A stretch of 63,992 nucleotides of DNA, filler included, from Circinaria calcarea (lineage: Eukaryota), in NCBI GenBank assembly GCA_051942165.1. It is 6 parts of 6 records of this genome, joined end to end, with 100 filler letters (N's around TTAATTAATTAA, not from the genome) between each part and the next. Parts side by side here need not be neighbours in the genome. Positions count along the whole stretch, not along the records: positions 43,238 to 53,931 come from JAVECS010000773.1; positions 54,032 to 63,992 come from JAVECS010000865.1; 4 more parts are not named here. One strand, given 5' to 3'. Positions 50,901-63,430 of the stretch are shown piece by piece; the stretch's first letter is position 1; the number at the start of each line of letters is the position of its first letter. The position numbers and the translations under genes are program-made. The notes under the pieces were generated by a model. It worked only from the letters and a program-made list of their open reading frames with translations. It was not told the DNA's origin and ran no database searches.

Positions 50901-52708
50901 GCCAGCAGTGCCTCCCATGATTCAGCCGAAGATCCTACGGATATCCGTTTACCACCTACCAGGGGTACACGTTCGGCAGGTAATTCACCAAGGAAGCCAA
51001 GCCATACTCAGACTTGGACAACAGAGCCTTGGAACGGTAAGATGAGGCGGAAGAGCACACGACAATCAGCTGGTAGTCCGCAAAAGAAATCGACGAATGG
51101 TCCTGCACCACCTATGCCAGGTCAGCCTAGCAATGTGACTGGTGGTCTAGATAGTGTTACCGAAGACCAAGTTTTACCTAATGCCGAAGATCTAGAAGAC
51201 GGTACTGAGAAGGGCCGACTGTTTGTAAAGGTTGTGGGAGTAAAGGAGTTAGACTTGCCATTACCTCGTGGTACACTTGATCGTTACCCACAGATGAGAA
51301 TTGAAGGCTGACTGTTGTTCGTAGGTGAGCGGTCATATTTTGCGTTGACTTTGGACAACGGCCTTCACTGTGTTACTACAGCTTGGCTTGAGTTGGGGAA
51401 ATTTGCTCCAATTGGACAAGAATTTGAGCTTGTGGTTCTCAACGACTTAGAGTTCCAACTCACGCTTCAGACGAAACTAGAAGAACCAAAGCCAGCTCGA
51501 AAACCCGTTGTCGAATCGCCAACTAAGAGTCCTTCCAAGGTACAAAAACAGTCTACGTTCAGTCGCGTATTTGCGTCACCTAGAAAGCGAAAGGAATTGG
51601 AGATGAAGCAACAGGAAGAGGCAGAAAGAGTAGCGAGGCAGAAGCAGGCGGAGGCACAAGCCAACAAGCGGAATACGCAGCCCACTGCGTGGGATCTGCT
51701 GCATGGACTTGTCGCTAAAGACGGTAGCTTTGCGCGGTCGTACGTGTGCCTCAAGGATCATGAGTCCCAGGCATATGGTAGGTCTTACTCAGTGGACGTA
51801 CCTTGTTTTAACGAATGGGCTACCGAGGAGATACGGACAATTAGCAGTATGAAGAGTAACCGTGGAAGTACTGCGATCACCACCCAGCGCAAGGCGCCCT
51901 ATAAGATTGGGAAGCTTGAGTTACAGCTCCTTTTTGTTCCGAAGTCTAAAGACGCCAAAGAGGAGGAAATGCCGAAGAGTATGAACGCCTGTATTCGCGA
52001 ACTGCAAGAAGCAGAACTAGCGACAGATAAATCGTGGGAGGGTCACCTGAGTCAGCAGGGTGGAGATTGCCCGGTAAGCGGTGAAGCTTCTACTCTTCTC
52101 AACGCTAGGCCTAACCGTATATATAGTACTGGCGTCGTCGCTTCTTCCGCCTTGAAGGCTCCAAGTTGACTGCCTACCACGAAGCTACCCGCCAACCTCG
52201 AGCCACGATTAACCTTGCTAAAGCTAGCAAACTTATTGACGATAGATGCGCCCTAACGCAAAAAGAAGTATCCGGCAGGGGTGGGTCCCGTCGAAAGTCG
52301 GCCTTTGCCGAGGAAGAAGAGGGATATATGTTTGTCGAAGAAGGCTTCCGTGTTCGCTTTGCAAACGGCGAGACCATTGACTTCTACGCCGACAGTGCTA
52401 CCGAAAAGGAGGGTTGGATGAGAGTGCTGGCAGACGTGGTAGGCAAGGACTTCAAAAAGGCGAAGACTTGGACAGAGCTTGTGTTAGCTAAGCACAGAGC
52501 CATGGCTCAGAGAGTACCACGGCCTGAACACACTCAAACAAAAGCGACGTCATCGGGAATGAGGTCTGCACCACCGACTCCCGGACCAAGGCATGGCTCG
52601 CAAATGGGAAAAGGAGGTGTTGCGCCGCCACCAGTGGAAAAGGACGCGAGACATGCGGGACCAAATGCAGAACAGAGGAGGCAGAAAACGAAGTCGATGG
52701 TTTTCTAG
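47935..52708 (+). CDS. BUD4: Anillin-like Bud4 (DUF1709 + C-terminal PH domain)
   Basis: MSQA|IQPLRIQK..., KSVTFD, EFDRVMEAQK-KGYLMRQNTK, GRLFVKVVGVK, LTLDNGLHCVTT, PH domain WEGHLSQQGGDCP|YWRRRFF...FANGETIDFYADS. Introns at about 47947-48005, 48147-48194, 50733-50861, 51271-51324 and 52074-52126. Confidence 0.9.
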
Positions 52709-53931
52709 TGAGGGGGTGTGATGCCATTGTGAAGGCTAATGTCTATTCTGTAAATGAAGGAAAAGGGCTTTTTAAATGCTTTGAATGCACAGGACGGTTG
52801 GCCTTTTGCCTCAAAGGCATGACTGGGTTGTTTCATATCAAAAACTTCAATTCTAGACGGGCGACGGAGAGAGGCTTGGGGCTACCTCTTGTATTGTACG
52901 GCTTTTCTACTTTGTACACTGTACGGAAGACGTATGGCGTTTGGACTGTTCATAGCGCATGGTATTACGGGGAAATCCGACAGATATTCGGGCAATCCTG
53001 AAACCAAGTTGGTGTCGTTCCTTGCGTTTGCCTTCGAGTAGAGGAACTGGCATCTCGCCATCCGCCTGGTTCCGTCTTTGGCCTATTGTGCTCTATGGCC
53101 TCATTCTCCTCCTCATCCTGCGTTATTTGGCTGCTGCATGCTTTCGCTCCCGTCTTGAAGGCTGAAGACCCTAAATACCAGTACCTCAGCCTAACAGGGA
53201 GGCCCTTCACCAGTGCTTTACGGGGGTAGCTTTAAGCGAAGGAGATCCATCCCGCCCCCCCACCTCGATGACTCGGCTGGGAGAGACGGATAAAACTATA
53301 CCAAAGGTGATGGTTTAGCTGAGGGGTTGCGGATATTTCGTAGGCAGCCGTCAAAAAAGGATTGGCTCTACCCGGGGGAAGTCTCCCGTTATGGAATTGT
53401 TTTTCATGTATGCGTGAGTGAAACCGCTGAGCCACATGCTTGCAGTTTACCGTGCATTGCATTTTGCAAATACTTGCATATGGTACATAACACACATACC
53501 CTGGTCCAGTCAGGCTCAAACTCCCATTCCCGCCCCCCAATTCCCATTTTCCTGCCATCTACCTGCATTCGCTTTTGGAATCTGCGGTCCTAGGGGTCCA
53601 TGCACTCACAAGCTTTGACTCTTTTTACAAAGTCGATCCCTTTTAGTTTACCTGTACCGGGCGTGCTGCCTTGCCTTGCTTTTTTTTACTGACTCCCCCG
53701 CTCGAACTGCATAAGGAATCCCCCTCCCCCCCTCCAACCGCACATTCCATTTCTTTCTTTCTTTCCCTTTCCCTCCGTCCCACAGCCCTCAAGGGAAATA
53801 AAAAAGAAGAAAGAAGAGAAAAAACCCCCCGCGCCCATCCCCAAACCACAAAAGGAAAAGAAACAGAGAAAAAAAGAAAAAAGATGAACTCCTCCCTCTT
53901 CGACCCCAATGCCGCCAGAACCGCCTACAAC

Positions 53932-54031
53932 NNNNNNNNNNNNNNNNNNNNNNNNNNNNNNNNNNNNNNNNNNNNTTAATTAATTAANNNNNNNNNNNNN
54001 NNNNNNNNNNNNNNNNNNNNNNNNNNNNNNN
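53932..54031. other. Artificial contig linker
   Basis: Same linker. Confidence 0.99.
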
Positions 54032-57000
54032 CGTTGCCCCGGGGGGGGGGCGGGACTTTTTGTTTTGGTTTTGGTTTTGGTTTTGGTTTTATACAGGTGT
54101 TTGTTTTCTGGACTTCTAACTCCGTACCCGATGTAACCGCAATACAGACGGTAATTCGCATCCAACTTTTACCGCCTTCCCTTTATTCCCTTCTCTCCCC
54201 CCTCCCTCCCCGTCCCCTCTCTCCTGCTGGAGATTTCCCACATCCATTACGAAAGACCAATACTACGGTACCTCTACATGCGAGATAATTCCCCATTTTT
54301 GCAACAGCACGCTGGAAACCTAGGACGTGCTCGATGGGAAAGATGATAACATGTTGCCTACCGTCACGATTGGGAATTGGGGATTGGGGATTGGGGGTTT
54401 CTAAACTTCCGTACCTAGCTGGAAAGTCGTCTGGATCTGGGGCTTCGTGTTCTCTAAACGGACCCAGAGCAGGGGGCGGGGTTTCGAAGGCTGAAGGTAT
54501 ACAAGGGAGATAGAGTCGGGTGAGGGTGCGTGAGAGGTTTATGATCATGCTTGGGAAGCCTTTGCCAAGGGAAGGGGGGGGAGGTGGGCAATATATCAGG
54601 TGCAACTTTAAAGATATATCCTAAAGTTGTTATATCCAAGTCGGCGGAGTCCGCCCCTCCTACGCCCTTTGTAAACCAGAACAAAAGTATATAAAGCAGG
54701 GCAAGATCCGCCGGCTGAGATGAGATAGAAAATGTACATCCCCATCGCCGTTGAACCTTTGCTTTGCGTGTAATATACAGTACGTTGGCGCATTAATATA
54801 CTCTTTTGTAATTGAGGCAGAATAGAGTCTGTCTAGTTGCCTGGCGGTTCTTGACGGTATTGAGGTTAGCCAAACCAACAAGATCGGTCCACTCCGTCTT
54901 GGAGGAATTCATTCTGCTGAATGTCAAGCATCGTGACTACCTTCTCCTTTTGTGTCTGGTGCTTGGCAACACCACAGGTAGGCCAATCAGGATGCTCTCT
55001 TTGCTACCGCAGGAGAATCATCTGCTGGATGCCAAGTATCCCCACTGTTTTCTTCTGATCCCATGTGGAGGCAAGGGATCCCGCAAAATCGGTCAATTCG
55101 GTCATCCGTAGCTTCCCCCGGAACTTCGGCAGCACGGCAGGTAAACAAGGTGGGTCTCTTCAGAGTCAAAGGACAGCTTACCTGCTGAATGCCAAGCATT
55201 GATTGCGTCCTCTGCTAGCATATGGAAGTAACGAATCTCAGTACTCGGTCGGACCAAGGGCAGCCAGAAAGGACTCTGGGCGTTCGGGAAATCAACGTTC
55301 CCTTGCGCAACGTCTAGGTAGCGGAGAATTGTCTAAGCCAGACTAAGATATCCTGGAGTGCCGGAAATACCGCCTTGGAAAAAGAAGCAATGCAATTTCG
55401 AAAATCAAGAAACGCAAAGAAATGGTAGAAACTCACAACTAAACGTTCCCAGGAACATGGAAGAGACGAAATGACACTTCATCAAACCCTAGACCATGCC
55501 ACCTCGTGGGAGGGTCTTCTAAGAGGCATTTTTGAATAAGATTGACTGAAAAGGGTAAAGGCTGTCGGGGATAAAGCCAACTCTGGCGTTACCCCAGCCT
55601 TTCTTCTTGATTGTTACAGTATGACAGCGGTTTCCAAGGGAGGAATGAAGAAATAAGGCTCCTTTTCTAAGCTTCTTTTGGTACCATATTCCCAATCCTG
55701 GCGTAAGCTAAAGGTAACAGGATCATCTGCGAGAGCGCTAATTGGATCGTGGAACAAAGCAATGACAGCGGCTAAGGAGCGCATTACGGGGCGAATTGGC
55801 AAGACCCTGCAAATCATTGTACCCATGGCAAGTCCCGGCAGGCTAAGATATGAATGGCGTTGTTGATCATTTAGAGAGTCGGTAGCCTATCGACTGTCCA
55901 TAAAAAGGTGTCTGTTCTATGAATACATTTCGCTTGAGAGGGGATCGTCCGTCATGGCATGATCTGCACCGCTTCGATAATTTTGGACGTTGCGAACTCG
56001 CGATAGGATTTGAACACGGCGTTGGTTGCTGTCTGCTGGCGAAATGAAGGAATCAGTCCGGAGGCCTGGGGACCTTGAACGCCAGCTGGATTGAAGGAGC
56101 ACGTTGGTGTGCAATCTCGCTTAATCCGAAGAGTGTGGGGGGAACAAAGCCCGGTCGTGTTCATGGCGTTCTCTTCTGGTAGAAATCTACAACCGTTTTG
56201 AGGCGACAAAATGTGTACTGCGCACTGCTCTGATCAGCATAGCATCCCGATACTCGGACAGTAGATCATGGAAGAGACTTGTCCGTGGCTCCCTTTGGGA
56301 TGGTCAAGATTTTCAAGTAGATCTGAGGTCCCGAAGATCCGGAAATAACGACAAGCATGGTTGAAGGGTTGAACCCAACAGACGATGACACGAAGGACGC
56401 CTTACGGTAATCAGCAACTACCAAATGAACAAATGGCCGGAGGCTATGCCGAAGGAGGTGTTGATGTCCAATCCAAAATACCTAGACACCGAACTGCAAA
56501 AGATCGTCCAAAGTAAAGAGCTGGCCAAGTTTATATTTACCTACGACTCACATCAGTCAGTCGTGAAGTATTATAAAAGCATCTGGTGTCATCCGGCGAG
56601 CGGGGCGGCTGTACTCCTATCAAGCTTTCCAAACGTTTTCTTAATCTCTTTTGCATGACGCCTTACCCGTTCCACTTTGGGCTTCGTCCAGGCAGCCTAG
56701 CACAACGTTTATGTTTCAGTTTTTTGCCTTCGCATAAGTTTTCCGGCCCATGATGCCCCTGCATACGTATGGAAAATGGCCTCTTTTGCCGAGCCATAGG
56801 GTGGATCGAATCCCCCTGCAAGATACCGTTGATCCCAGGGACAAGTGCCATTGGCGTGTAACTGTCGGTCTTCTTCTTTGGGCTATGTTCGGGTGTAATG
56901 GTGTAACGGCATAGGCATCTGAATAAGCTGTGCATAACTCTAAAGTCCAGGCAATGGTACGGGGGGATCTCTTGCGAAAAACCGTCGGCGTTTGTCTCTC

Positions 57001-57867
57001 CAGTTCCCGCTTTTAGTGCTAAGCCTGCAAGATGATCGCCTGTGATACATCAGATGGCAGCGGTGAAAATCCTGACCTATTTTCTCTCCAATGCTGCGGC
57101 CTATCAATCCGATAAAAATAAAAATCCCCAGCAGGGGACCACGTACGAACGGGCCAGTAAGGCAATGGGGCACAAGGAAGCGTAGGGGTTGGGCTCTTCG
57201 GTCGGAATAAGGAATAGCCGTTTGGGCCGGAGCTACGGAGTACGGTCACCTTCTTCCTGCGGCGAGCTTAGTCGGCCACGACCAACTCCCCTACCTGCCT
57301 CGCCTGCCCCCATCAAAAGCCCGCAATCCCGCATTCGAAATTACTCTGCCTACTTTGCCCTTCGCGAACCTCCTTGTACACGACGACTGTCTTTCTTTAC
57401 GTGGCGCCAACGTCTTTGGGTGATACCGCAGTCCGCTCGCTTCTTCTTCGCGATCACCACAACCAGCTCCCAGAGCCTTCTCCACCAACGGAGGACCGCG
57501 TGTAACGGGCATCTCCACACCCTATCCGCGACTACCGCATTGAGGTTGGCGTGTATGCTCCGACCGTTTTCCCTTGGGAAAGTCAAACGCAACCGCCCTT
57601 CAACGAAGGAACTCCAAATACTTGAGCTGTCACTCTTTTTGCTTCTCTCGTTGTCGGGTGTGAGACTGCATCTCATCACGCTCGTTACATTACTCTGGCT
57701 GTCCGGAACTTCGTGAGGATTCATCGGCATCGAGCGCAAGCGCTATTGGGGTGGGAATATCGTCACCGAGACAAACTGCGTGGAGAAGAACTCTCCGAGC
57801 TCGAAACCGACCTTTAAGTCATCCGGTCGCATCTCAGAGTGGACATTCACTGAAGGCATCACTTGCA

Positions 57868-60483
57868 ATGGCTCCTTCCCCTCCTAGGTTGCGTATTCTC
57901 TCAGGTGAGTCCTTGACGCTAGCATCGAGTGCGCACATTCCATGGTGCTCGCTCGTAGAAAGTCTACCCCTTCACGCCAGGAGTAGTCATCTAACCTTTC
58001 CATTGTGCTGCCTCCAAATGCTAATATATATCTGGTAGTGGGCGGCAATGCGGTTTCGGCGTTTCTCTCATGGAGACTTCAGGCTACAAATGCTTGCGAT
58101 GTCACATTGGTATGGAAATCTGGGTTTGATTCGGTATCACAATATGGGATTTCGTTCAAGTAAGCACGTCGGGTACCTCTGCCATTCTGCCATGGTCATT
58201 GACTCTCTATTTAGGTCAAAATTATTCGGAAATGAAAGATTCAAACCACGGCACGGTAAGATCTCAATCCGTCGCCGAAACAGCTTCACAGGCAGCGATA
58301 CTAATTGGCGTAGTTGTGAGATCTCCAGAAGACGCTGCCGACCGGAAGGCTGCCTTTGACTACGTCCTCCTATGTGTCAAAGCGTTGCCGGACGTATACG
58401 ATATGGCCTCTGTCATTGAATCGGTGGTCACCCCGCAACACACCTGTATCCTTGTCAACACCACACACACCTTGGGCGTGGAATCACATTTGGAGGAAAG
58501 ATTTCCAACCAATGTGGTTCTATCACTAGTCTCTGGTGCACAACTCACGCAACTGGGAGCGAGCGAGTTCGAGCATCTTGGTGCTACGGACATATGGGTC
58601 GGTCCAGCAAATAAAAACCCGGCGATCCCTGTTGCAATACAGAATGATATGGCAGAGGCCCTCGCGATGACGTTGAGCACCGGTCAGGTCGACTGTAAAG
58701 TGTCCCACAATATCCGACAGCAACAGTACGAGCGGATGATCGGGTTAGTTTGCATCTTGGAGTCACTCGCTCCCTTTTCGGCTCGCTAACAGGTTCTAGT
58801 CCAATCGCCTTTCATCCGGCAAGCGTCCTATTCGAGACACCCTCCCATGCCGAGTTAATCTCGAAGGTCGGGGTTAAACCAATGGTCTCGGATATCATAG
58901 AAGAGCTCCTGCAGATTGCGACCGCGCAGGGCTGTAGCTTCGCGAGTGATTTCAAAGAAACCACCATAGCGTCTATGCTTAAACCGTCCGACACGAATAG
59001 CATCATGTACCAGGATTTCACCGCAAAAAGACCCATGGAAGTTGAGACTTATCTTAGATCGCCTATAAGACTCGCACAAAGCAATGGTGTGCGAGTCCCT
59101 CGAATCGAAACCCTATATGCTCTCCTTCATCACTGCAACATCGTCAATCAAACTCGGCCTCCACCGTCAGCATCACCTCCCACAGGCGCAGGTCCACCTC
59201 CATCTGCTCGCATAACGTCCGGGCCTCTCCCTAGGATACCGCAGAATGGTGTATCAAATGGCGGTGGTGCACGCGGTGGCAGAGCACCTTCCGTGGGTCC
59301 TCCTATGCGAAGAGGGCCTCCTCCAATGAACGGGTACCCGCCTCGTATGGCCAACGGGTACCATCCTCGAGGGCCCCCGCCGAATCAAATCTCGCGCCGG
59401 CCTTCTTTTGAAAATAATGACTTGGAGGAGTTCAGTCATCTGGTACATTACGATGATATACCCGAAGGAGGGGTGGCAGGTGGTTATTCCGATATGCCCA
59501 ATGGGTCATCATCGGATTTGGCCTTGCGAGAAAGGGAACTCATGTTACGTCAGAAGGAATTGCAATTACGGGAACAAGAATATCATATGAGGCGGGGAGG
59601 TGGTAGAAGACCTCCTCCGTCCCATCGAGGAGGCTTTGACGAAGATGACGATGACGACGATTACTTTGATCCGATGGCATCACGCGGACCACCTCTTCCT
59701 CAGATCGATCCAGACAATTTTGACATGATGAGCGTAACCTCCAGACGCAACCGAAAAGCCCCTAGTGCCAGTCAGTTACGCAAGAACCCTGAATTTGGAG
59801 TATCAGGGGGCGGCGGTGGCCCCCCTCGTCAGAGTCATTCATTTGGTGGACCTAGACCTGGGATGAATAGGAATAGGGCATCAACGCGGATGCCATTGGA
59901 TGTTCCGGGATTGAATGATCCCTTAATGGAGAATCCTCTAGTAGGGTATTCCTCGAATCGGTACGGGAACGTGGACAGAAAAGTTATCAGCGATGAATCG
60001 AGAACGAGCTCCCTAACAGCGGCTCGGTTAAATGAACTGCAAGGGGCGGGGGTGAATGCTGGTATGAACGGAGCCTATCCAACCCCGCGACGTATGAGCC
60101 TATCGCCTGGTAATCCTTTAAACATTGGTGCTGGTAGGCCCATGGGAAGACCATCACCGCCTGGTGACGGCTATTTGACGCCAAACGGTGGGCCCCCGAA
60201 CGGTAGACCGTCGCCGCCGGGAATGATGCGGCAGCCTGTACCAAGACACCCCCCCGGTCAAGGTAATGCAGTGGCACCGCAACAGGTCGAGCAGCATGCA
60301 GGGGTGAGCAACCTATATCCGCCCAAAGGCCCTCCATCAAAAGTCGTACGCAGTCTGACTGGTAGTGCGAGTGCTAGCGCGGGGAGTGGTGATAGCGGTG
60401 CCAGCGCTCAAATAGATTCGGAGAACTCTGCGCACAGCAGTCAGAGTAGCCTCGGGCCACGAGCGTCGACCGGCGTCAGGTAA
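57868..60483 (+). CDS. Ketopantoate-reductase-like (ApbA) fold protein of the Svl3/Pam1 family with long Pro/Gly-rich C-terminus
   Basis: MAPSPPRLRILS|VGGNAVSAFLSWRLQATNACDVTLVWKS...FDYVLLCVKALPDVYD...SIMYQDF...PMEVETYL...PRIETLYALL. Four introns at about 57905-58038, 58161-58214, 58255-58312 and 58744-58798. Confidence 0.85.
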
Positions 60484-61507
60484 TGAATTCACGATACCCC
60501 ATATAGCATGTCAACTTTGGTCATATCGAAGGATCGGTTTCTTTGCACGCCCTAATCGTCATATAAGGCTTTGGCTTAATCTATTGTTCACAGCACACCC
60601 TACTCGACATTTTCAGTTTGACACACGTCTGAAGACGCCGGGAAACCTGACCAAGCTTTCGCCAGGCCGCGATCCGCCGTGGGGGAAGTGGAGGAAGGAA
60701 GGCATAATATACATAGGCCTAATGACGGGAGGGAAAGACTGGGTGGACCAGCGTTTTCAAAGAATACAGATTAGGGTTTGCTTTCCGTACATACATATTA
60801 CGACTGTCCTTGCGTTCTGTGGTTCTCTGCATAATATGGCATGGGCAGCGTCGTTACAGGGTCTATGCTTTTTGACTCTCTCCTGTATTGTGTCCTCCTA
60901 TATCCGTAATCGCATGAGTGAGTGCGAGCCATCAGCGGGATGGGGGACTGGAGGATTGGAGATGGAAGACAACCTTCACCTTTGAGGTGGCTGGTGTATA
61001 ATAGCTATATCATTGGCATGGGATGGGATGGTGGAAGAGAAATACTACATCTGACAGCTCTAGAACTTGGGAGTCTGAAAGGTGAAGGGTTTGCATTGAC
61101 TGTCACACAAAAACAAACTAAAGGATCCGAGTACCAATTTAGCAACTTGAGTTAATACTGCGCCCAGTCATAAAAGTCAACCTCGCAGATTGATAGCTTC
61201 CACCTGAAGACAGTTTATCCTACTTGCTCCTACACGAAATTAGTAGCTTCTTGCTGAGAAATGCACTGCCCTGTTAAGGCTCTTGACAAGTTAGCCCTCC
61301 AAGTATGAGGCTCGACCGCCACAGCGAGGCTGCGGAGCTAAAGTATGACTCCGAGCTCCCACCAAGTCAGTCAGCAGAGGTACATTCAAAGTGGCTGTTG
61401 AATCAATAACGACCGTGTAGCCCATCCCGTTTCTATAAGACGAGATCTTTACTGCTTCCAGGTTCATTTAATAATTCCACTCAGTCTCGTAGGCTTACCT
61501 GGCCAAG

Positions 61508-63290
61508 ATGAGTTTTGGCATTGGCGACGCCATCTCTGTTGGCGACCTGATCTTGAAAGCATGGAAGACCTGTTCTGAAGCTCCTGACCAAATGGATGCG
61601 GCCGCTGAAGATGTTAAGAATATGATGGAGAATCTACATTATCTAGGGGAGACGGTGGGCAAGCCAGATTCTTTTGTCCAAACGAGGGGTCGGAAACTGT
61701 AGGGCTCCTACGGCTAATATCGAGGGCTTTTGGTTTAACGGATGATGCTGACTGTAGTCTGTAGGGCATCAATGCTAGAGCAGAATATGAAAGATCTCAT
61801 GACTGATCTGAAGCGTATAGAGAACCTTATAAAGAAGTGGACGAGGATATGCTCATTAGGTTGGTTCGAGGCAACTATAAAGAAAGGCAATTTCATCATA
61901 AAGGATCTCAGGGAGGTAGAAGACCTGAATTTAAAGCTCGAGAAGCACGATAAGAGAATCGGTCGTCTTCTCCGAACCCTTCATATTGGAGTTAGCGAGG
62001 GGATATACGCCGCATTGGAGAAGCAGAGAAAGCAGGATGCCGCGGAGTCTAAAGAGCGTGCCAAAGAAAGCAAGAAATGGAAGAATTATCTCGACGAAAA
62101 CGGAACCGAAAAACTGTCTCAGGCTGTGCGAAGTCCCGATGAGAAAGTATGGGAAAAGCTGAAGAACGATTTGACCAAGAACGGCATCTCTGAAATCGAT
62201 ATGGAGGCTACAATGAGAATGATCCAGAACAATCTTCATAAGCTCAAGGTGGAACCTACACCCGCTTCTTCCGTCCCGGCGCCTGCAGCTGCTGCAATAC
62301 AAAAACCCCCGCCACCGCGGAAACAGGAGCATATCCGGATTCTTTGTGTGGACGGATCTAACAACATTGGTATAGATATGGTAGTCAAATTTTTATGTTC
62401 TGTAGCGAACTGACAATGCAACAGTACGATCTGTGATCGCCCAAGCCTATCTTGAACTTGTCAGAGTCTGGACAGCAAATACGAGCAAGCAGTGGTTGTT
62501 CAAAGAGGTTGAATCTGCTAGCTGTGGGGTGGTGTCAATGTTCACCAAGAAATATCAAGCCGAAGCCCAAATCAAAACAGCACTCCAGCCCCGTGCAAAG
62601 CACTCGAACAACAAGGCCCTACGTGCGCATTCCGAACAAGATCACTTCAGATCGGAGGAAAGGACTGAAATTTTCCGAAGGCTCTTGAACTCCACGTCTC
62701 GCGGAATCAATGCAGTGCATTTCAATGACTTTGATTATATCATATACTTTGATCAGCCGACACATGATCTGTTGGAAAACTTAAAGCCGTATGCGAAGAA
62801 TTGCGCGGCTGGGAAACCACAAAGAGCGAAACTTGTCCTCTTCAAAGGAGCGGAACTATTTGAGGATTTGGATAAAACCATCCATGAGGTGAAGATGGCG
62901 ACCAGAAGATGGTTGGAGCATGAATTCAAGTGGGTAAGGCCACTTGCGAGCATCAAGAATGGCCCCTGGCGGACCCGGCAGATGACGATCCCGGACGAGT
63001 GCTTCAGCAGACTGACAGCGAAAAAAGGGGCAGGAAGGGAAGAGATCGAAGCAAAAAGTGGTTGCAAGCTGTGGATCTCTTCTAAACGCCAGGATCCGCA
63101 GACCTTACTGTCGATTGTAGGACCGCAAGAGGTATTGTCGAAAGCAGAGGCACTGGTCAGAAAACTTTTCCCTGAGCAGCAGGCTCCACCTAAGACTCCC
63201 AAACCCAAGAATACTCCGGAAGTCACCCCACGCATTGTTGTCATCACGCCGAAGGGCAGTAAGGAAGGCGACACCGTGGTCAGCAAGTGA
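61508..63290 (+). CDS. Hypothetical 553-aa protein: SesA/HeLo-like N-terminus + LMW-PTP-like domain + KH-like domain
   Basis: Exons 61508-61698, 61765-62369 and 62425-63290 join in frame through canonical GT...CTGAC...AG introns (1662 nt). Motifs are described under findings. Confidence 0.8.
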
Positions 63291-63355
63291 TACACCAGTC
63301 ATATGTTCACATGCCCTCTTCGCAGGTTTAAACTTCTTGGCGATTTCACCCAGAG

Positions 63356-63430
63356 GAGTTTATGGTTGGGCAACGGACAGTACCTATCGTGACTTATGGG
63401 GAATGGACAGTACCTATGGGGACTTGGACT
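63356..63430. repeat. Short imperfect direct repeat (about 30 bp x2)
   Basis: TTATGG...GGACAGTACCTAT occurs twice in the 3' flank of the last gene. Confidence 0.6.

Noticed and set aside
53883..53931. Possible gene start MNSSLFDPNAARTAYN at a contig end (similarly the ATG at 32312)
   Set aside because: Only about 16 codons before the linker; cannot be identified.
36278..63290. NLR and SesA-LMWPTP-KH gene as a linked sensor/effector cluster
   Set aside because: They are on different contigs separated by artificial linkers, so there is no evidence of linkage.
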